Shown here: one piece after another, positions 1 through 12,400 of the stretch | How positions within the stretch are numbered: position 1 is the first letter of the stretch | Layout of the letters: each line of letters starts with the position of its first letter | Assembly (NCBI RefSeq): GCF_001194135.2 | Contig: NC_068982.1 | Coordinates: 106,770,460-106,834,459, forward strand | DNA from: Octopus bimaculoides | Lineage: Eukaryota | Direction of reading: 5' to 3' | Length of the DNA: 64,000 nucleotides | Program-made: the position numbers and the translations under genes | The notes under the pieces: generated by a model | What the model saw: the letters and a program-made list of their open reading frames with translations, nothing else | Told to the model about the DNA's origin: nothing | Database searches by the model: none

Positions 1-326
1 TCTTGGCCCTTATTGAATAGTGTATATATTTTTTAAACTCTTAAGAATCTAAAAAAAAATTTTTTTTTTAATCGCAAACCACCAGCAGAAGACAATGCAT
101 TGAACCAATCAAGCAATATAACATATACGTGTTTGATAAGTGTCATACATGAAACTATTAGCCTTCGAGTCACTTTGTAACTTGTTGCCAATTATCTTCA
201 TCATTTAACCTCCATGCCCAAGGCTGGCATGGAAATATAGGGAGATACAGATAGATAAGAATGAGGTAGTGATATACAGAAAGAGACAGAAAAAGATGGA
301 TATAATGACGATTGGTTTTCACTTAC

Positions 327-419
327 ATTTGCCATGTACTGCTCCACCAACTAACTGAGGAACAACATTCACCATTTCATTTATCAAGCTGGGACATTTC
401 TTTAATATATATTGTTTAT
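327..419 (-). CDS. SEC63: SEC63 exon 11 (93 nt)
   Basis: cag/gtaagt; [31 protein letters not shown]. Confidence 0.93.
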
Positions 420-3400
420 CTGAAATAAAAGAAATATTTGTAATTTAATACAAACAGATTTTTCAAAATAACTGGAAACGTAGTTTTGCTTTAATTTAAA
501 CTGCCTTTGGCTTCATTATTAAGCAATAATGTAAAAATTAAGATAATATATTTTTTTAAGTAATAATCTAAAGCTCAAAATGATAATTAGGGCATTGCAG
601 TCTTCCATGCTGACATAGGTTGGACAGTCTGGCAGAATCCAACAAATCAGAGGATTACATTGTTGCCTCAATGTCTGCTTTGGCATAACCTCAATGGTTG
701 AATGCTCTTACTAATGCCAACTATACGGCCAGAAGCAGTGAATTATAGTACCTAGCTACACCCTGTAAACTGGGCCATTTTTGAATTCTTTTCCAAACAG
801 ACTGGCATGAAGTTACACACTCCAACCTCTGACAGAACAACATATTGTTTCCTCCTTCTGCCATTTCTACTGTTACACTCCCAGCTCGTTTATTTCTCCT
901 TATCCCACCACTCATAATTATGCCCAATCCTGTAAGACCCACACCTGCCAGTGCTCCCACAAACCCACCCTAACACCTGCTTTCTAGAGTTCCTTCCTTG
1001 CAGCCAACATTGAATTGATTAAGAATGACATTAACTGTGTCAATTTCGCCAGTCTTGGAAGGCCTGCAAAGACAACAGGTGCAGAGCCCCACTTCAGACC
1101 AATACAGTGAATAACAAAAGCTGAAAATTATGAACATTAAGCTTTTAAGGATAGGACAAAATACACGCAAAAACAATTCTGAACATATGCATATGGTCAG
1201 TTCAAGTAGTTTTACAGTTTAGCAGTAGGAAGGGTATGCCCTTCCTACTGCTAAACAACAGCAGAATTAGTAAAAAATAAATTGATGGAAGCAGAAATAT
1301 AGTGCTTTGAGACAAGACACAACACAACTGCTGTAGTAAAATCTGAATTCCTGATCTTGTGCTCAGTGTTCCAGTCACAAAATCTTGAATTCATTCATGG
1401 CATCATGTCAAGAATGGAATGTCATTGATATGGATGGTATAAATAATTACAGTGTGTGTGTAGCTTACCTATCTCCAGTGAGTCCGCTGGAAGACTTTTC
1501 CGTGCCATGTGAGCAAACAACAACACTCTGGCCTTAATACTGTAAGGGAAGCACAGTGGTCGCTCTTTATTGTTTTCACCTAAGTTGCTTAATTCTCGCA
1601 TCAGCTGTGCAAATAAAAAAAATTAAAAACTCATATTCAAGCACCTCTTTATGAGACTATGAAGCAAAAGTTAGCCATTATATATATATATATACATATA
1701 TGTAGATGTTTTGCAAACAACTTGCACATGCAAGTGCTATCAGTCAAGAACTCCGCATACTGGAAGCCAGAAAGTGTATTGGGTCATCAGGAGAGAATGC
1801 GCACAGTTTCGGCGCCAGCCTCTCGATGGCATCAATGTGCCCCCACTCACTGATATGAGGCCCTGCTTGCTAGATCAACTGGTTATTAAATACAGTTCAA
1901 TATTCTTCTAGCCATCGCTCATCATCTCTTTTTAACCAAATCCTCTGGCTAGCCTTTTCCACCATAGTTAGGATATAGGTCATGGTGGTATATATCATCA
2001 TCATGATCGTTGTTTAACGTCCGCTTCCATGCTGGCATGGGTTAGACGGTTTGACTGAGGGCTGGCGAGCCAGAGGCTGCACCAGGCTCCAATCTGATCT
2101 GGCAAAGTTTCTACAGCTGGATGCCCTTTCTAACACCAACCACTCTGAGAGTGTAGTGGGTGCTTTTATGTGCCACTGGCATGAGGGCCAGTCAGGTGGT
2201 ACTGGCATCGACTATGCACAAATGATGCTTTTTACATGCCACCTGCACAGGAGCCAGTCCGGCAGCACTAGCAACGACCATGCTCAAACAGTGTTTTTAC
2301 ATGTCACTGGCACAGGAGCCAGTCAGGTGACACTGGAAATGATCACACTCGAATGGTGCTTTTTATGTGCTGGTGGCCCAGGAGCCAGTCAGCAGCCCTG
2401 GCAACAATCACACTCGAATGCTGATTTTAATGTTCCACTGGCATAGGTGCCAATCAGGCGGTACTGTCATCAGCCACAACAATGATTTCACTTGCCGCAA
2501 CAGGTTTTTGCAAGCGTAGCTTATTGTCCAATGACTGAATGGTACTCTTAAATGGGCTGGTTATACAGCACTGGCACAGGCCACGGTTATGGTCTCACTT
2601 GGTGGCTTGTCGGGTCTTCTCAAGCACAGCATATCTCCAAAGGTCTCAGTCACTTATCATTGCCTCGGTAAGGCCCAATCTTCGAAGGTTGTGCTTCACC
2701 ACCTCATCCTGGATGGAACAATATTGTAGACAGGGCCATTAGAGCAAAAAAACAGGCCTGGAAGAGTTGGGGTAGCAGGAGAATGTATCAGATAGCCAAA
2801 AGGGAAGCTAGGAGACAGTTATAGCCAAGGGAGTAGCAGAAAAGAAGAAGTTTGCCAATGTTCAGTGACATGAGGACCAAAGAAATGTAGTATTTTGGAT
2901 TGCAAGACAGTGTGTGAGAGAAAACTGTGATGTCATAGGAGAGAAATGTGTCTGCATGGATGATGGTACTCTTGCATTCAATGATTCTGCAAAGAAAGAG
3001 GCTTGGAGCTGGCATTATGAAAGACTGCTGAATGTGGAGAATGAATGGGAGGAGGAGAGTCTGCCAAAGGTTGACCCAATTGAGGGACCAGCTACACGAA
3101 TCGACAATACCTTGGTCGATAAAGCAATTAAGGATATGAAGACAAGGAAAGCAGCTGGCCCATCAGGAATCACCACTAAGATGCTTAAAATATTGGGTGG
3201 TGTGGATTATGGTCTTGTCACCTGCATTGTAAATCAGGTGGCATGTAAAAAGCACCTTCCGAACGTAGCTGATGCCAGTACCACCGGACTGGATCCCCCC
3301 CCCCATGCCGGTGGCATGTAAAAAGCACTATCCAAATGTGATTGATGCCAGGATTACCTGACTGGTTTCTGTGCCGGTGGCACATAAAAAGCACTCACTA

Positions 3401-3857
3401 CACTCTCGGAGTGGTTGGCATTAGGATGGGCATCCAGCTGTAGAAACATTGCCAGATCAGATCAGAGCCTGGTGCAGCCACTGGCTCTCCAGACCTCAAT
3501 CAAACCGTCCAACCCATGCCAGCATGGAAAACGGATGTTAAACGATGATGATGATGATGATGATGTGTGTGTGTATAGAATCAAGTAAAGGTAATAAACC
3601 TCATAAAGGGATCATAAATCCAATGAAAATACTGGTTAGTTAACACTCTATAAAGAGTTCAACTATAAGGTAACCATATAAATTGTGGTTTATATATTTA
3701 AAGAATAAAGAGAAAATGGAGAGGTAATTAATAGAATTATTTATTAATTATAAAATATGACAACATCTCTGACAGCTGTTTTGATCCAGAGATGTTATAT
3801 TTTATAATCAATAAAAATTTTTATTAATTACCTCTCAATTTTCTCCTTATTCTTTAT

Positions 3858-3901
<44 letters not shown>

Positions 3902-3964
3902 CATATATATATATAATTATATACACACAATACATACTTGTATATGTCAGTACATATGCAGGTC

Positions 3965-4031
<67 letters not shown>

Positions 4032-5765
4032 TTCATCACCAAATTATTTGCAAACATGAAAAATAATCCGTTTCAAAAAGACATCATTTTCATCATCTGG
4101 GTCATTCTCACAACATACAAGTTGCACAAATCACAACTGTTTCCTCACATAAATATAGATATATTGAGTTAAGGGTTAGCCATTAGTAGGCATATAGGAG
4201 AAATAAAAGAAACTAGTTCATTGCAAGCTGTAAATGGTTGCATTCTCTACCTGTTGGCATTTTTTTTCCTTCACACCACAAGAAAGTACCTGACTCTAAA
4301 TCCCAAAGTTAGTCAACCAAGTGGCCATAGAGTAAATACTTGGTTAACCGATTTTATTTCAGGCAGTATAGTCATTTCTATCACAGAATTTTGAATTTTC
4401 TATATATGTTCTGATAAATATTTCTTCGTGCCTTCCTCTCAAAAGAATCTTTATCAGTATTATTCTTCTGCTTGTAGATTTATCTCACAGCTTATGTGGG
4501 GTATATCACATTAACTACAAATAATTTAAGCAGTGTATCATTCACCAACACTATATCAATAAAATTTTCTACAAGTTTACAAATACATCTTTTTATCTAA
4601 CAATACCAAAAAAAAAAAAAAACAAAAAAAAAAAACAGAAAAAATGTAAAAAGAATTACAAAATTCATCTCACCAGACTGCTGCCACTACAACATCACTA
4701 GCTTCAAGTAACTTATGCTCTTAGTAATGCAACAACTTCTAGTAAGCTTTGTACCACCTCCACCCAAGCCCACTGGATAAAACCATTCTCCTGCTTTTCA
4801 CCCACATGTTTTCTCTATAAACATCAAAATACAGCAGTTCAAGCTGAATGTTAATTGCATCAAATTCATCCATGATGGATGACTTACAAAGGTTACCAGT
4901 GATGTTCTTTGTCTTCGTCCAACTAAGCAATAATAAACTCAAGCATTGTTAAAATAAAACAATTATACAGACAATATAGCAGGTATTAAATCCAATGATA
5001 AAATTATTCAGACAATAGAGTTAAGTGTCTTTTCCATCGACATAACACACTGGATATATAAGTATATAATCTGATACATACAGCAGGAAGTTCCTCATTG
5101 TCACTGGGCCGCTCCACAATCTCAGCATTGTGCAATCTGTCATATTCCCAAGAAGAAGCCAAAATCATAACAACACCTTAAAAAAAAATTCAATACATCA
5201 GAATATAACCAATTTTATTATAGTAAATTATTTAAAAACAAACAAAACATCTATCTTATTATGTAATTCGCTTATCACTGTAGATGAAATGACTGAATGG
5301 AAATGATAAAAAAAAATATTATATGTACTTAATTGTCATTAGAGATCAGATGTTACATAAACAGGCTTCTTATTACACAAACTTACAATAGAAAGATAAG
5401 CAACTTTTATTATTATGCTAAAGTAATCATTACATGGATTCAAATAAAAAGTGTCTAATAGAAAGATGAGAATTTTAGCAGTGTATGTGAACAATGAAAC
5501 AGTACCTTGTCTAAATAGAATAGCGAGTTAAATTGTGATTATTATCTAAATGATTTCATAAATATACCTTGATCTAAAAAGTTTAATGCACTGAGGTTAT
5601 TTACAACTAAAGGTATAATACATAGAGACAATATGGAATACTCACGTTTAAGATGCATGCTTGGTGACTTGTTAAAGAAATACAGATATAAATGGGTAGT
5701 ATCAAGTAAAACTTGATCAGCACTGAACTTGATTGAACGGTACCACCATACACCCTGTAGATAGA

Positions 5766-5823
<58 letters not shown>

Positions 5824-7667
5824 CATAGTAATCCCTCGCCATATTGTGGTTCACTTATCGCACACACAGAATATTACGGTTCATCTATCACACACTCAGT
5901 ATATTGCGGTTCACCTATCGTACACTCAGTACATCGTAGATATTTTTGGCTAATATACGTAAATTTATATCACAGACTCCTCAGTATCTCACGAGTTTTT
6001 GCGGCCGATACGTATTTATAATTTTTTTAGATTCTAATTATTTCTGTGGTAAAATAAGCATTTTCATGCCTAAAAATTAATAAATAAAAATAGAGTACAG
6101 TACTGCACAGTATAACAATTAAAATATATTAAAAGAAAATACGCAGTGTACCATAGATGAGTAAACAAAGAATAACAGAAAACGAAACTCGGGAGGCAGG
6201 TGTGTGGTACTGTTTTGCATTTATAATAAAATAAATGGTTCTAGGTAAATTTCACAGCGGTATATTCCACCAACGGACAGTCTTCCAATATAAGCTTCTC
6301 CCACTAATAATCACTGTGGTCAGTTTGTATAAACCATGGGTCAATACCTATGTTATTTAACCTGCCTGTCTCTCAAGTCTTAAAGAGAGAGAGAGAGTCT
6401 GAAGGTGAAATAGAAAATAATCTTTATAACCTACTTGAATTGAGATGGGATCACTTTAATGTACACCCATCAAGCAAGAATCTATGAAAAAGACTCATCA
6501 CAAAATTTCAAAACTAATATAATTTGGAATAAAGAAAGAAAAGATTAAATTTTAGCACACATTTTATTATAAAAATCAGATTAAAAAAATAACAGTGAGT
6601 ACATTGTGAAGCAGAGTTAGGATAAGAAAGTTTAATTGATCTAAAAAAAAATTTAAGACAAATTGTGTGCAATACTTCTTAAAAATTGCAGAGAGTTTTC
6701 ATTTTTGGGCCGGATATGACCAGTTTAAACACTTAAAGGGTTAAAGTTATTTCACTTTAGTTTTGTCACTTATATCTTTGGAAATGGATTGGGTATCAAA
6801 ATTCTCATTACCATTCTCTAAAATTCTTTCATGAAATATCAAACTGGAAAAAAACAAGTCTATATGAGACACTAAGATAGAATTAAATCAGTAAGAAATA
6901 TAAAACTTACCACAATGAATGGTAATAGTATCATGAACACCAGACCATAAACAGCAAGCACCTATTAAAAGTATAAACAGAAGTTTATTTTTTTTAAATC
7001 ATTAGAAGTTTATCATTATTCATAATATCACATTAATCAACAAAATATCTAGTTTTATATCTTTTATTCCAGCACGAGATGCATTATTCAGCAATTTGTA
7101 TTTTTAACAATTTCTGTTCGTTTGTTATTAAGTCTTAATTGGAAGAAGCAATTAAGAGATATTCACCTAAAGGCACAGGTATGGCTCCGTGGTTAAGTTT
7201 ACATCTTTACCACATCGTCTCAGGTTCAATCACTGTGCGGCACCTTGGGCAAGTGTCTTCTACTATGGGCCTGAGACAACCAAAGCCCTGTGAATGGATT
7301 CAGGACACAGAAACTAAAAGAAGATTACTGTATATATATAATGCAGGTGTAACCTTGTCTTAACATCATGTGATGGTTGTAAATAAGCACCATTATCATA
7401 TAAATTATGTTGTTTGTTTCCAGTCATCCACGGAAAAAAATGTCTAGTGATGGGGAAATATTACCTTACTTAGAAACAGGTCAGGGTTAGCAACAGGAAG
7501 AGCATCTAGTTGTAAAACATCCACCTCAACAAATTCTATCTGACCTATGCAAGCATGGAAAAGTAAATGCTAAATGATGATGAAAGTGTCTGTTTAATGT
7601 TAGAACTCAGGCAAACCAATTATACTAATTTGAAAATCTGTGCCTATGTAAACAAAGAACAGATGAT

Positions 7668-7735
<68 letters not shown>

Positions 7736-9410
7736 TTTGGAGAGAAGATTTTTTTCTCAAAGAGTTAAGACTGAAATAAGAACCTTTTTAGAAAATCGAA
7801 AGTCACTAATCTTTGGGAAGAGATTTCACAAAATGTGTGCAGATTTTGCTTTTATAGATGTGCAAGCACTTTCAGTTCTTAACGTTTTCAAGCATATGTT
7901 ATTATATATAGTGGAAGTTGTTAACCAAAGCAAGATTTGCATCAGAGGAAGAAATGATGCAAGTTACCAAATGTGGAGACCCTTGATGTGGGACATGTGA
8001 TTTAATAGAACAGGGACCAGCCAAAACATTCAAGAATGAAAAAGAATTAAAGGTGAATGCAAATATGAAATGTAAAAGCAAAAACCTGATATATTGTATC
8101 ACATGCCCACAATGCAACGAACATTATATTGAGGAAACAAAAATGAAACTAACCAACTGTGTAATTGTGCACAGATATTAAATAAAACATCCCGCACTTA
8201 GATGCATACCATGTAGCGATCATTTAGACACCCATACACAAGGAAAATTTACAATTATCCCACTTCATAAAATAAATGAAGAGAACAACCTTCTCCGGAA
8301 GGCAAAAGAAGAATATTTCATAAGATTTCTGAGTCTGAAACTAAACAGGAAATAGTCAAAACAATTTTACTGAGAACAACTTCCACTATATTTAATAACA
8401 CATGCTTGAAAACATTAAGAACTGAAAGCGCTTGCACATTTATAAAAGCAAAGCCTACACACATTTTGTGAAATCTCTTCCCAAAGGTTAGTGCCTTTTG
8501 ACTTTCTAAAAAGGTTCCTTACTCAATCTTAACTCTTGAGAAAAAATCTTCCTTTCCAAATATAGCATCAGTGGTGCTTCTACCTGGCACAAAACTGAAC
8601 TGCATCTCATCTAAGCAGACTTTCTCCCTAATTAGTTGGGCTATGACCCTCTTTGTGACCTTCATCACCTGATCCAGTAATTTGATACTCCTGTAGTTAT
8701 TTCTATCTAAAGCATCACCTTTACCCTTGTAGCAGTTGACTATTGTGCTGCTACACCAGTCATTGGGTATGACTCCATCATGAACTACCTGGTTTACAAT
8801 ACGGGTGACTAAGCCATAGCCCACACCACCAGATATTTTAAGCATCTCAGTAGTGATTCTTGATGGGCCGGGGGCTTTTCCTGGCTTCATACCCTTAATT
8901 GCTTTATCTACAAGGGTGCTGTCTATTCGGATAGCTGGTCCCTCTACTGAGTCAACAAATGTGTCCGCATGGATGATGATGCACTTGCTTTTAATGATTT
9001 TCCTCCTCCCGTTCATCAGTCTTTTATAATGGCTTCTCCAAGCCTCTTTCTTTTCCGAATCATTAAAAGCAAGTGCACCATCATCCATGCAAACACATTT
9101 CGCTCCTGTGACATCACAATTTTCTCTCACACACTGTCTTGCAATCCAAAATACTTCAGTTCTTTGGTCCTCACGTCGTTGGACATTGGCAAACTTCTTT
9201 TCTGCTTTGCCCTTGGCTATGTATACCTGTCAACCAGCCTCCCTTCTGGTTATCTGGTACAGTTCCCTGCTACCCCCACCCTTCCAGGCATTCCAGGCCT
9301 TTTCTTTGCTCTACCGTATTATTTCACCACCACATTACTCCAGGTCTGGAAGGAACTTTGCACCATCCGCAGACTTGGTCTGTGGCACTCTGTAAGCTGT
9401 CCCATCCATC

Positions 9411-9457
<47 letters not shown>

Positions 9458-12400
9458 CCACCATCATTTTATAGCTCAATGCAGGTGTTATTTTTTCCCA
9501 GTTTTAGTTACTATATCATGGCCATGCTCTGACTTCACCTGCTTGAATATAATTAACTGCATTGACACCAGGACTTACTTTCTTCACTTCAAAAGAATAA
9601 AAGGCGAAGTTGAATCAGGTACAATTGGAACTCAGAAAATAAATGGTTGTAACAAAACCTAATGACCTTTGTCCAACACTCAATTTTGCCATACTCCAAT
9701 ACCACCATCCATATAAAATACTATACTTACCCATACAGAATTTTCTCTTTCAACAATCCATTTTGGTAAAGCAATACCAAATCGAGTAACTAGTAAAAAA
9801 ACATAGAAATTTGGATTTAATTTTCTCAGTAATTATAGTTATTCTAGAAATCTTCAAAAGGCAGTTAAAACGGAAAACTATTCTATTTATTACTCTTCAA
9901 TTTAACAACTAAAACAAAAATATTCAAATTTAGAGATGATTACTTCAAATAATTAACATTTAATCTTATATACATTACGAAAACCAAATATAATCTTATA
10001 CACATTACAAAAACCAGATATAATCTTATACACATTACAAAATCCAGATATAAAGTAGGTTATGCTAAATTAACATATATATAAGAACATCTTGATTTAA
10101 CACCATAAATTTCACAGTAAGTTTGGTTTACAACACAATAATATAACTCCAAACATATTGATAAACTAAATTTTTTATACTATATACCTCCAGGACCATC
10201 AGGATTGCCATATTCTTCCCAGTTCTTTCGTGATTCTTCATCTGTTAATCTAAAAGACAAAATTTTTTAATTAATTTACACAGTGAAAAAAGTATATTGC
10301 TATTTTCTTTTACCTTACATTTAAGAATTTCAAACCATGGTCTCAAAAAAAGAAAAAAGAAAAAAAAATCAGTTATCTTAAAAGTTTTCATCAAAAATAC
10401 AAGTATTTTGTAATGTGTTTAAAAGCAAATCTTGAAATTACAAGAATTGAAAAGAATTTTCTGATTATACTATTTATAGTCTATTTTCACATACTCTTTA
10501 CATTCTATTAAGTTATACTTACGCAGCATATGCCTTTGCTATCCGCATAAACTTTTTTGAATCTCCAGACTCTCTGTCAGGATGGTATATTAAACTGAGT
10601 TTCCTAAAGGCCTTTTTGATGTCTGCTGTGCTTGCCGACTTTCAGTAAAAGTTAAAAAAAAGGAGGAAACGAAATTTATTCGAATGCCATTAAATAAATA
10701 TCAAAAATATATAATCCAAACATCAAGTGAAGACTAATAAAAAAAATGCAATTATTTTTTTCCTTCTTTAATGATTTGGTTGGAAGAAAGAAACCATGCC
10801 CAGGGCCCTTGCAAATCATTTAAGACTAGTGACAACTTGAAAGAAAATATAGACAGGGAAGGAATTCCTGAGAGTTGAAGTTCAGTGGAGAAAGAGTTGG
10901 CAAAGTGATTACTGTGGTGCCTAGAAGATGGAGATAATATAATTGACAAGGGAAGTAGAGATGAGTGAATAAGCACCTGGACAGGAATGACACAAAAGTA
11001 GCTAGCTCCATGAGGTAGAATTCACTGTAGTAGTTTAGAAAAGACAGAGAGAGGATACAGAATGCTTGTAGGTGAGAGATAATAGCAACTCCATGCTAAT
11101 CAGTCAGGCAGCCATTTATTGGATGTTATCTAGAATGTTCACAATTCTATCATCAACATCAACTCAGGTATGAGAGCAGTATTCTATTATAGGTCTCACC
11201 TGAACATTGTAGCGAATTAATAGCTGTTGGGAGTATTTTACAGCATAAAGAGCAACTTTCTTTATGTTGTGAGTGTGAGTCACTAGGAGAAATAATCAGC
11301 GATAGTGAGGTCTAGTATTTGTAGCATCTTTGAAGTTGTATGTTATCAAATAGTCAGTTACAAATTTGTTTCTTTCATAAATGCTGAGATTGCATCTTTG
11401 TCCAGTTAAAAGACAATATTGACAAACGTTCATTGAGAAAATGTTTTTGAAGTCTTCTTAGAGTCATTGCAGGTTCTGCATGAGAATGAGCATCGTTAGA
11501 GTAATGACAAGTAGATCTTTCAGGGACATAACTAAAGTTTAGGCCACAAACACTCATGTAATGCACAATGCAATTAACAATGCCCAGTGAGCTTGGTCTA
11601 GCAATCAATAGAATTGGAAGTACCCACCTCAATTTTATTTGTTAGAGAAGTACCAAATCATCATTTTCGAGAAAATCAAATGGGTATCTAAATCATTAAC
11701 TCCCAAACTAATAAAAATTCATTAAAATGTTATGATTAGTTGACAAAGAAACCAAGGGAAGCTATTTAACAGACTCAAACTAGCAACATAAAAAAAGTAA
11801 CTGGTTAATAGCAGCTTTCAATGGCTCAAAACTTGGGGGTAATAACTATATTTATAGTTAAGAGTGGGCAAACATAATGAAGAGTCAAAAAATATTCTTG
11901 AGTAACTGAAAGATAAGAGGTAAAAAAACAGTAATGATTATAATTCTTTTTTTATTAAAAAGAAGGGAGATAACTCCAAATGTAACTTGAGCGAGTCTGC
12001 TTTTTTGGTAGTTACAGTGACAAACCAGAATATTTTAGTTTTACCAGCTCTGAGAATGATAGAGGGAGTATAAATTTTGTGTGAGAGTTATTGATTGATG
12101 AAGCAATTTAAAATAATGATGCTGGAAAATTTCCTAGAGATGCCTTCTGCATGGAGGACGTATAAGCTAATTTATTTAGATTCATATTCTATAGATCTGC
12201 TAATTTAAAATTTTGTTTTAGCTACAGAAGTGCATTTTACAGCTAAATGTATTAATAGATAGTAGAAGAAGGGTCAGACCTACATAATAAAAATGTATTA
12301 GTGGTTAATTTAAAAAGCTGTTTGGCATATTTAACACAAGGAAACGTTTTACAATATATTGCAATATTATTCACCATAACTAATTAAAATGTTAGTTAAA

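Noticed and set aside
721-1176. Two adjacent minus-strand ORFs in SEC63 intron 10
   Set aside because: No SEC63 similarity, and exons 10 and 11 join directly in phase; I could not assign them to any protein or TE family.
2051-2446. Recurrent ORF family ([28 protein letters not shown]...) here and at 12564-12914, 45607-45944 and 56158-56435
   Set aside because: These are antisense or off-frame translations of the RTE 3'UTR repeat. Stops and frames differ between copies and there are no splice signals, so this is not a gene family.
3828-4172. YIYIYI/THTHTH/SLSLSL ORFs (also 5542-5867 in part, 25899-26235, 26589-27169, 32240-32527)
   Set aside because: Translations of dinucleotide microsatellites; only the exon 8 part of 5542-5826 is real coding sequence.
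8519-9130. 203-aa ORF as an intact host gene
   Set aside because: It is a truncated RTE RT fragment. Its last ~13 residues derive from the Penelope inverted repeat, and it contains an internal inversion.
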